Source of the DNA: Patescibacteria group bacterium
GTDB lineage: Bacteria > Patescibacteriota > Patescibacteriia > JBDRGY01
Assembly (NCBI GenBank): GCA_043817315.1
Contig: JBDRGY010000006.1
Location: 18,077-82,076 of the forward strand
Direction: 5' to 3'
Length of the DNA: 64,000 bases
In this document: positions 25,910 through 33,192 of the stretch, in pieces
How the letters are laid out: each line of letters opens with the position of its first letter
Numbering within the stretch: position 1 is the stretch's first letter
Made by a program: the position numbers and the translations under genes
Notes under the pieces: generated by a model
Told to the model about the DNA's origin: nothing
What the model saw: the letters and a program-made list of their open reading frames with translations, nothing else
Databases searched by the model: none

Positions 25910-26824
25910 TTACCTTGTTCGGTAATTGGGAAGATCAACCACACGAGGCAAAAGAGTGTCTGCAACATGGATTGTTCCCGAAGTGATACCTTGATCGCTG
26001 CCGATAGTGGCATTGAACACCTTTACTTCCTGCTGCACATCTACCATGAGTGTCAATCTCTGGTAGTGCTCAGCAAGATGCAGAAGCGTGTACAGAATGT
26101 TGCCTGCCATCTTACCGAGCGAGGGAACGTCTTGCAGTGGATGAACCCGCTGATCAAGAAACACTTGAGTAATCCGCTCTGGACCGTACTCGAGCACTGC
26201 TTGAAGCAGTATGGCAACCTCCACACTATAGCCAGAATAGAAGGAAGCATTCTCGAGGAATTTACGAGTCCCAGCGTACTCCCCAGCTAAAGGCTGTATG
26301 AAATCAGTGGATTCAGGAAAGAGCATGTTGAGGAAAGGACGAACTAAAAGCTCTGTCACCCGAGCATCACCTTTGGGCCGCTTATAGTACCCCTTGGTAA
26401 AGACTACTTCGGGGTCCATTAAAAAGGGAGCGACAATTCCTAGAATGAAACGTGGATGGATGTTTTCTATGTCGGTGTCAATCCAGGCGATGACATCGCC
26501 AGTTGTGAAGTATACACTACTCCAAAGATTCCATCCCTTTCCCCTTGATAGAGGAATAGATATGATTCGGGCGGCATCCTCGTCTCGGATTATTCTGATG
26601 TCAAACTGAGAGCACACACCCAAAGTGTTGTCGGTGGATCCGCTGTCAAACACTAGGATCTCATCAATCAGTGGTTGACACGACATGGCACATTCAATGA
26701 CACGACCAACTGTTGCTTCCTCATTCCTAACCGGGAGGACTAAGCTGATCGTTATCTGCCGCTCTTGCTTAAGCGACAAGAGGTAAACCATGTCAGAGGC
26801 GTCTAGGTACGATAAATGTTTCAT
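25910..26824 (-). CDS. GT81 glycosyltransferase, glucosyl-3-phosphoglycerate synthase (GpgS)-like
   Basis: LPVRNEEATVG…VFDSGSTDNT…RGKGWNLW…DTDI…GYYKRP…VTELLVRPFLNMLFPE…PLAGEYAGTR…GYSVEVAILL is collinear with GpgS/MpgS-type retaining GTs. Confidence 0.7.
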   Translation of the reverse strand: MKHLSYLDASDMVYLLSLKQERQITISLVLPVRNEEATVGRVIECAMSCQPLIDEILVFDSGSTDNTLGVCSQFDIRIIRDEDAARIISIPLSRGKGWNLWSSVYFTTGDVIAWIDTDIENIHPRFILGIVAPFLMDPEVVFTKGYYKRPKGDARVTELLVRPFLNMLFPESTDFIQPLAGEYAGTRKFLENASFYSGYSVEVAILLQAVLEYGPERITQVFLDQRVHPLQDVPSLGKMAGNILYTLLHLAEHYQRLTLMVDVQQEVKVFNATIGSDQGITSGTIHVADTLLPRVVDLPNYRTR

Positions 26825-27990
26825 GGCTCACCCCTTATCATGGTACTACATACCTTACGGACAGCAGCGCAACAGATGTCAACGAAGTGACTGGTCACAT
26901 CAGGATTAGTGTACAGATTGAATAGAGATGCTGCCACTTGCTGTGAGTTTACGGGCCTGTTAAAGCCGGCAAATAGTGCAGTTTGAGAAAGCGCCAAGGG
27001 GTAAAGACAGTTAATCATGGCACCTTCAGCTCTGACGGCATCCAAAAACCAATTGCGGTGTTTCATCCAGACTACAGGAAGAGTTGCTGTCAGGCAGTGA
27101 TTAACATGTCCATTTGCGTCAGTTTGAAATTGAAGCGGCAGGTCGCTCAACTTATCCCTATATCGCCTGGCAATTTCACCACGACGGCGATTGAGTTCCG
27201 CGAGCTTGCGTAATTGGACAAGCCCAATTGCCGCTTGCAGTTCAGTCATCACGTAATTGTAGCCAATCTTGTCGTAGTCGTAAACAGTCAGATCATCACT
27301 GATTAATCCGTGTCGGGTCAACGATCTGCACCGCTGAGCCAACTCTTCATTTCTGGTGATAATCATCCCGCCTTCACCACAGCTCATGTTCTTGGTCTGG
27401 TAAAAGCTGTAACAGGCTATATCACCAAAAGTGCCGACTATCTGTTCGCCAATAGTAGCGCCATGAGCTTGGGCACAATCTTCGACCAGCCATAAATCAT
27501 GTTCTCTGACTAGAAGAATGATCTGGCTCATCTCAACTGGGGCACCATAGAGGTGGACCACAATTACTGCCTTGGTTCTGGCAGTTATCTTGGAGCTAAG
27601 GTCCTCGACCGATAGGTTGAAAGTTGTGGGGTCGACGTCGCAGAAAACAACTCGCGCCCCGGTTTGTAAAACTACTGATGCTGTGGAGACAAAGGTTAAA
27701 TCTGGCACAATCACCTCGTCTCCAGGTCCTAGCTGCAAAACGTCAACAGCAGTATGTAGGGCAGTAGTACCGGATGTAGTGGAGATAGCAAAAGGGACTT
27801 GATGGTAAGCAGAGAACGCCTGCTCAAACTGCTGGACCATCTCGCCCATACCCGCTCTTGAAACTACGCCTTTTCCCATTACCTCCCATACTGCCTGCCG
27901 TTCTTCTTCACCGAAGACCCGGCCCCGTTTGAGGCCTTCTGGATAAACAGCTGATCCGCCGTTTATCGCCAGAGAAAGTCTTTCGCACAT
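26821..27990 (-). CDS. DegT/DnrJ/EryC1/StrS-family PLP-dependent sugar aminotransferase
   Basis: Family block FYQTKNMSCGEGGMIITRNEELAQRCRSLTRHG with a conserved Lys region. Confidence 0.85.
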   Translation of the reverse strand: MCERLSLAINGGSAVYPEGLKRGRVFGEEERQAVWEVMGKGVVSRAGMGEMVQQFEQAFSAYHQVPFAISTTSGTTALHTAVDVLQLGPGDEVIVPDLTFVSTASVVLQTGARVVFCDVDPTTFNLSVEDLSSKITARTKAVIVVHLYGAPVEMSQIILLVREHDLWLVEDCAQAHGATIGEQIVGTFGDIACYSFYQTKNMSCGEGGMIITRNEELAQRCRSLTRHGLISDDLTVYDYDKIGYNYVMTELQAAIGLVQLRKLAELNRRRGEIARRYRDKLSDLPLQFQTDANGHVNHCLTATLPVVWMKHRNWFLDAVRAEGAMINCLYPLALSQTALFAGFNRPVNSQQVAASLFNLYTNPDVTSHFVDICCAAVRKVCSTMIRGEP

Positions 27991-27993
27991 TGT

Positions 27994-29169
27994 TTACTCC
28001 TTAATCGTCAGAGCGAAGCTTTCACCAAGAGGAATGGGATTAGCTCCAATCAGCTCACAGATTGTCTGACCCAGATCGGCAAAACTAGCTCTAGTTCCCA
28101 GATTGGAGCCAATTTGGTGACTTCCATTGAGCACCAAAAGAGGTACGTATTCCCGAGTATGACCTCTTACAACAAAAACTGGGTCACAACCGTGATCGGC
28201 CACGATAAACAGTAAATCATCTTGACCGATAAGTTGTAACAATTCTCCCAACCTATCATCAAAGTACATGATATCACGAGCGTACTGGTTAGGCTTATTA
28301 CCGTGTCCGGACATGTCAAAATCCGGGACTACGAACATTGAGACACCGCTATGGTTCTTTCCCAGGTATTTACAAACAGAATCCATGATACCGGCAGAAT
28401 CCATGATACCGGGAATTATAACCGTTACGAACTCCTTCCCGATTATGGAGGTGAGGTGTTCTGTGGCTATAAACGGTACACCAACCTCTTGCATCCTTTG
28501 AAACAGATGTTCCTGACTTCTATCGAGAGGAACAACAATATCCGTCCGGTTCTTGGTACGAATGAAGCTTCCTTTCTCACCGATGAAAGTACGAGCAATA
28601 ATTCTTGCTACGTTCTTCCCGACGAAAAACCTGGACATCTTCCAGGCGATTTCGTGCAATCTCGCCGGAGGCATCACGTTCTCGTGAGCTGCTATCAGAA
28701 CTACGCCGTCATCACAGGTATAGACGATTGGCTGACCAGTGGCATAGTGTTCATCAGCGTATTCATCAAATACCCTGAAACCCGATACATAGGCGTTGCA
28801 GAGGGTTTCCGTACCCAGGACCTGTTGCATTTCACGCACCAAACCAACTGACATTCCCGGATAGAACGACGTGAATCGTTCTTTATAAATAACACCTGCC
28901 ATTTCCCAGACACCAAAGAAAGTGTCGTTACCTGAGGTGACCTCGGCCATACGTCCGTAATGGGCTAAAGGTTTATCAGCCGTTGGTATATTGCTGATGC
29001 CAACGATATTGCCAATACCCAATTTCTCGAGATTGGGGACTCGAAATCTTGGATGTGCTTGAGCTGCATGATGGAAGGTATGTGCGCCAACGCTCTTATA
29101 GTCTGCCGCGTCTAGCTGAGCGCCGATGCCGACGCTATCCATCACGAGGATAATGATACGTCGGAACAT
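27994..29169 (-). CDS. phosphopentomutase (DeoB)-like alkaline-phosphatase-superfamily phospho-sugar mutase
   Basis: IIILVMDSVGIGA…, DFDMSGHGN…, FIVADHGCDP…GHTREYVPLLV are collinear with DeoB. Start moved to the internal Met MFRRIIILVMDS, which has an SD. Contains an 18-bp in-frame tandem duplication at 28377-28412. Confidence 0.75.
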   Translation of the reverse strand: MFRRIIILVMDSVGIGAQLDAADYKSVGAHTFHHAAQAHPRFRVPNLEKLGIGNIVGISNIPTADKPLAHYGRMAEVTSGNDTFFGVWEMAGVIYKERFTSFYPGMSVGLVREMQQVLGTETLCNAYVSGFRVFDEYADEHYATGQPIVYTCDDGVVLIAAHENVMPPARLHEIAWKMSRFFVGKNVARIIARTFIGEKGSFIRTKNRTDIVVPLDRSQEHLFQRMQEVGVPFIATEHLTSIIGKEFVTVIIPGIMDSAGIMDSVCKYLGKNHSGVSMFVVPDFDMSGHGNKPNQYARDIMYFDDRLGELLQLIGQDDLLFIVADHGCDPVFVVRGHTREYVPLLVLNGSHQIGSNLGTRASFADLGQTICELIGANPIPLGESFALTIKE

Positions 29170-29191
29170 CACTCTTTTCCTTTCCGGCCTT

Positions 29192-30274
29192 TTAGCCAAT
29201 TCTAATCGGCAGACCGCTGGTAGCTGACAGATAAATCGCATCGATGATGCTCATTAGCCGACAAGCCTCAAAGGGTGTAGTCAACGGCTCAGCCTTGCCC
29301 TGTAGTGTCTGTACGAAGTTGACTGCAGCAGCTACACGCCCCATCGTACTGTCGAAAGGCACGGTGATGCTCTGATCGTTTGGTTGACCATTTTCCTGAG
29401 AGTAAACCTCACAGGTACCAGTAATGACCTCGCTAGTGTGATCCTGAAACAACCTGCCAACCCTCCCTCCGGCTTTCTGTCCCTGGAAGGTAACAAAGCA
29501 CTGTTCTTCTCGAACCATCTCGGCCCAAGAAGTATGGAGGCTAAGCACCTGTCCGCTTTCGAAAGTTACGATTGCGTGAGCACTAGATTCAACATCCGTA
29601 ATACCGTCTCCGTTCGGAACTCCGTAGGAACCCCGGCGCGTGGGGTCATCCATAAAGCAGTTGAAGATTTGACCCAACACATGTTTCGGCCTGGGATAAC
29701 CCATGAAATAGAGCGCCAAGTCTATCATGTGAAGTAAGTCTATCAGAGCTCCACCGCCAGCTACTTTTTGATTGGTAAACCAGTTTTCGAAACCCGGAAT
29801 ACCAGATCTACGAACCCAAACAGCCTGGGCGGAGTTAATCCGTCCAAAAAAACCACTCCTAATGCGACAAGTGATCTCCTGTGATTCTGGTCGTGCACGA
29901 TTGTTGAAGTCAAACAGCAGATGTTTACCAGAAGCTTCGGCAATTTTCATCATCTCCTGAACTTCCGCAGAGTTCATGGCCGGCGGCTTTTCACAGAATA
30001 CGTGCTTTCCAGCTTGTAGCGCCTGGATAGCCAACATTTTGTGAGACACCGGCGGAGTGAGAATACTGATGGCGTCAATTTGTCCGGACGCCCTATCCAG
30101 CATTTCTTCAAGAGTGTTGAAAGTTGCCAGAATACCGTAAGTCGCAGCTGCTTTCTGGGCAGCTGCTTGGTTTGTATCGACAACGCAGGTTATCTCCGCA
30201 CCAGCTGAACGAAATCCGTTAGCTTGGTATTTGAGCATTGCGCCTGCACCGACAATACCGATTTTCCAAGACAT
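29192..30274 (-). CDS. Gfo/Idh/MocA-family NAD(P)-dependent sugar oxidoreductase
   Basis: N-terminal Rossmann KIGIVGAGAMLKYQANGF…ISILTPPVSHKMLAIQALQAGKHVFCEKP. Start at MSWKIGIVG with an AAAGGA SD; the ORF-track start further upstream overlaps the next gene. Confidence 0.8.
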   Translation of the reverse strand: MSWKIGIVGAGAMLKYQANGFRSAGAEITCVVDTNQAAAQKAAATYGILATFNTLEEMLDRASGQIDAISILTPPVSHKMLAIQALQAGKHVFCEKPPAMNSAEVQEMMKIAEASGKHLLFDFNNRARPESQEITCRIRSGFFGRINSAQAVWVRRSGIPGFENWFTNQKVAGGGALIDLLHMIDLALYFMGYPRPKHVLGQIFNCFMDDPTRRGSYGVPNGDGITDVESSAHAIVTFESGQVLSLHTSWAEMVREEQCFVTFQGQKAGGRVGRLFQDHTSEVITGTCEVYSQENGQPNDQSITVPFDSTMGRVAAAVNFVQTLQGKAEPLTTPFEACRLMSIIDAIYLSATSGLPIRIG

Positions 30275-30287
30275 CTTTTTTTCCTTT

Positions 30288-31094
30288 CTAAGCCTTGGTA
30301 CAGACGAATGTTCCGCGTGACCTGTCCAATATGATCGGCTTTTCTTGGTCAATCATCAATCTCCTGATCTCTGCAGCTAAGGCAAGCTTAAGATCTGCAT
30401 CATTGGTCGATTCTTGAAAGCATGGCAGGGTAGTATAGTACGACATAAAGCCGTCTGCGTCCGGAAACACCAATTGAAATCCATAGAAATGATATTCTAC
30501 TTCTCCGAAAAGTCCATTCAGATACTCTCTGGCATTGTTGCAGTGGAAAGGTGAGCGAGAAAAGCGCACGTTAGTTTCAATACCAACTTGTGCTATTGCC
30601 TCCTGATGAGAGATCCTAAGAAGATCGTCCTCAAGGGTCTTTACACCCGTAGTGATGATGACTTTTCCTTCCTGTCTGACTACTCGAGCTGTTTCGTTCA
30701 ATCCTCTATCAAGGTCGCCGACGTGATTGAGCACATGCTTAGCAACCACCACATCAAATTGACCATCCCCGAAGGGCAAATCTTCAATCGATGCGATAAC
30801 ACATACTGGCGTTGCGATTGTGTTACAAACTCTCTGGCGGGTAATTTTCAATAGGTCTTGTGAGATGTCTACGGCAAAAACTTTCCCGCCCCTGTTCAGC
30901 CGTTGGCTGATGATGGCAACGTCTTTCCCTGTTCCCGAGCCGATGTCTAATACTAGCTCATCACCTTCAAGGTCGATAAAATCGATTCCATACCTGCCAA
31001 CACCCACGCCGTATCTATCCCAAGCAAGTTCTCTGTTGAGCAGATTTCGGGCGACACCGTACTGAATTCGCGGATCACTGTACTGGATCCTCAT
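30288..31094 (-). CDS. class I SAM-dependent methyltransferase
   Basis: Motif I VLDIGSGTGKDV, then FAVDIS…, consistent with the Methyltransf_11/25 fold. Confidence 0.75.
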   Translation of the reverse strand: MRIQYSDPRIQYGVARNLLNRELAWDRYGVGVGRYGIDFIDLEGDELVLDIGSGTGKDVAIISQRLNRGGKVFAVDISQDLLKITRQRVCNTIATPVCVIASIEDLPFGDGQFDVVVAKHVLNHVGDLDRGLNETARVVRQEGKVIITTGVKTLEDDLLRISHQEAIAQVGIETNVRFSRSPFHCNNAREYLNGLFGEVEYHFYGFQLVFPDADGFMSYYTTLPCFQESTNDADLKLALAAEIRRLMIDQEKPIILDRSRGTFVCTKA

Positions 31095-31209
31095 GTCTAT
31101 TTCTCCTTATCTTGTCAAGGTGCAATGTCAAATGATTTTGACTTTACATAGTAGCAAGAAATTTGTTATTGTGTCAATAGTAATACTATAAAGATGAACC
31201 ATATATAAT

Positions 31210-31596
31210 ATGACAAAAAAAATACAACAGCTATCAGTAAAAGGTCTATTCAGAAGAGGTGGAAATGTCCTCTTGGTTAAGGATCCTAAGGGGGTTTGGG
31301 AACTTCCTGGTGGTAGAATAAAACACGGCGAAGAACCAGAAGAAGCTCTTAGGAGAGAATTGGATGAGGAATTGGGCTGGTCAAAAGTTGATATCAAAAA
31401 TATTATCAATACTTGGAGTTTTTCTTCAAAGATTAATGGTACCTATTATCATTTTATTATAATTATATATACCTGCACTTCAGATGAAGAAAATATTAAA
31501 AAAAATGATGAATATATTAAATACCAATGGGTTCCGATTTCTGAGATTAATAATCTAAATATGCGAGATGGTTATAAAAAGATTTGTAAGTTATAG
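31210..31596 (+). CDS. NUDIX hydrolase
   Basis: Nudix box GGRIKHGEEPEEALRRELDEELG. The gene is very AT-rich, unlike the adjacent cluster. Confidence 0.75.
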   Translation: MTKKIQQLSVKGLFRRGGNVLLVKDPKGVWELPGGRIKHGEEPEEALRRELDEELGWSKVDIKNIINTWSFSSKINGTYYHFIIIIYTCTSDEENIKKNDEYIKYQWVPISEINNLNMRDGYKKICKL

Positions 31597-31742
31597 ATAA
31601 ATATGTTCACGTATTTCTTTGTTGCAAGGAGGAGTGCTCCCTCAGTTACTAGAAATTAGGAATTATTGAAAAAACTTAGTGTCTCATTACAAAGTCATAC
31701 CAAAAAAGAGTAAAGCTTAAAGAAGCTATAATATCATATACA

Positions 31743-31773
31743 AAATTCGGCCCGATAGGCCGAATTTTTTTGA
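31743..31773. terminator. perfect bidirectional hairpin terminator between the NUDIX gene and tRNA-Glu
   Basis: AAAATTCGGCC-cgata-GGCCGAATTTT (11-bp stem) followed by TTTT. Shares GGCCGAATTTT with the hairpin at 25645-25670. Confidence 0.5.
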
Positions 31774-31800
31774 ACCTAGATTTTTTTGCCTAAACTTCCT

Positions 31801-31875
31801 TGGTACCGCCAAGGGGAATCGAACCCCTGTTTTCAGGATGAAAACCTGATGTCCTAACCACTAGACGATGGCGGC
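31801..31875 (-). tRNA. tRNA-Glu, anticodon UUC, CCA encoded
   Basis: Minus strand: acceptor GCCGCCA/TGGCGGT, D GTCT/GGAC, anticodon stem TCAGG/CCTGA with loop TTTTCAT, T AGGGG-TTCGATT-CCCCT, discriminator A, CCA. Confidence 0.85.
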
Positions 31876-31947
31876 AGAAAAGATGTAAAAATATGATAAC
31901 TTATAATTCCCCTTAAGTCAATGTCTAAACCGTGCTAAGATTAGTTT

Positions 31948-32955
31948 ATGAAAATTCTAGGCATAGAAACATCATGTGACGAAACAGCCGCTGCTTTGAT
32001 TCAGGCTGAAGGTGAAAAAATTAAAGTTATCACTAGCGTCATTTCTTCGCAAGTTGATATCCATAGAAAATTTGGCGGAATTGTTCCGGAAGTGGCAGCA
32101 CGGGAACACCTGAAAAACATTTTACCGATTATTGACCAGGCTTTGGGACGAAATAAATGGTCTGACGTTGATTATATTGCCGTGACTTCTGGTCCTGGCT
32201 TAGTCACCTCCTTACTAGTGGGAGTGGAAACAGCTAAAACACTATCGCTGGTCCTTAAAATTCCCTTACTGTCCATAAACCACATTGAAGCTCATGTTTA
32301 TGCCAACTGGCTGTCCGGCAGGATTAAATTGCCGGCTTTAAGTTTGGTAGTTTCTGGCGGCCATACCCAATTAATTTTGATCAATAATCAGGGTCACTAT
32401 AAAATTATCGGTCAAACCTTGGACGATGCTATCGGCGAATGCTTTGATAAAGTGGCCAAGATTCTAAATGTTGGTTATCCGGGCGGTCCGGCGATTGAAA
32501 AGTTAGCACGATCCGGTGATTCTAAAAAGATCAACTTTCCTCGTCCTCTAATTAACCAGTTAAACTATAATTTTAGTTTCTCTGGTCTAAAAACTTCTGT
32601 ACTTTATTTCACTCGATCGGTTCCTAATAAAGGGTTCCTGAAGCCCGACATTTGTGCCAGCTTTCAGCAGGCAGCCGTTGACGTTTTGGTGGCCAAAACG
32701 GTACGAGCTACTAATGAGCATAAGGTAAAGACGGTCATGCTGGCCGGTGGAGTTGCTGCTAACCAGAAATTGCGCACCACTCTAAAAAACCAACTAAAAA
32801 AACAGTCTCCCAAAACATCATTTATGGTGCCGGATTTTCCTCTGTGTACCGACAACGCTTTAATGATTGCCATAGCTGGTTATTTTAAGGCCAAGAAGGG
32901 GCTGACCACTCCCTGGCAGCAATTAACTGCTGACCCCAATTGGCAGTTGAGTTAA
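31948..32955 (+). CDS. tsaD: tRNA N6-adenosine threonylcarbamoyltransferase TsaD
   Basis: MKILGIETSCDETAAALI…HIEAH…SGGHTQL…GVAANQKLR is typical of TsaD/Kae1. Confidence 0.9.
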   Translation: MKILGIETSCDETAAALIQAEGEKIKVITSVISSQVDIHRKFGGIVPEVAAREHLKNILPIIDQALGRNKWSDVDYIAVTSGPGLVTSLLVGVETAKTLSLVLKIPLLSINHIEAHVYANWLSGRIKLPALSLVVSGGHTQLILINNQGHYKIIGQTLDDAIGECFDKVAKILNVGYPGGPAIEKLARSGDSKKINFPRPLINQLNYNFSFSGLKTSVLYFTRSVPNKGFLKPDICASFQQAAVDVLVAKTVRATNEHKVKTVMLAGGVAANQKLRTTLKNQLKKQSPKTSFMVPDFPLCTDNALMIAIAGYFKAKKGLTTPWQQLTADPNWQLS

Positions 32956-32956
32956 C

Positions 32957-33190
32957 TTGACTCAATGCTGTCTAGGCCCTAAAATAGAACTATCATTAAA
33001 TCAAGCTAATAGCGCTATGATCAGAGTCTGTGTCGCTCTGAAAGCTGAGGGTCCTAAAAGGCCGACTGCCTCGATAAGTCCTCCGGGTACGTCCGTCATC
33101 GCGTAAAATAAGCGTCCTGTCTCCCGGGAGTACAGGGAATTAAGGTGGTACCGCCTGAGAGGGTCCTTAAACGTACTAAGGACTTTTTTA
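32957..33190 (+). promoter_or_regulatory. T-box riboswitch leader of valS (promoter TTGACT-17-TAAAAT at 32957-32985, T-box sequence at 33138-33155, terminator at 33163-33188)
   Basis: AATTAAGGTGGTACCGCC matches the T-box consensus AAUUAGGGUGGNACCGCG, followed by GTCCTTA-aacgtac-TAAGGAC + T6. Lies upstream of an aminoacyl-tRNA synthetase gene. Stem I contains a GA-rich (AUGAUCAGAG) segment. Confidence 0.6.
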
Positions 33191-33192
33191 AT

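Noticed and set aside
25645-31875. Calling the 25910-31094 cluster a bona fide integrated genomic island
   Set aside because: No integrase/recombinase gene and no direct repeat of the tRNA-Glu 3' end were found at the distal boundary. Only composition, the tRNA adjacency and similar flanking hairpins support acquisition, so it is reported as a hypothesis rather than as a mobile_element feature.
33145-33192. ORF-track start of valS at 33145 (MVPPERVLKRTKDFFN…)
   Set aside because: That extension overlaps the T-box sequence and terminator hairpin. The ATG at 33193 directly after the terminator gives the conserved ValRS N-terminus.
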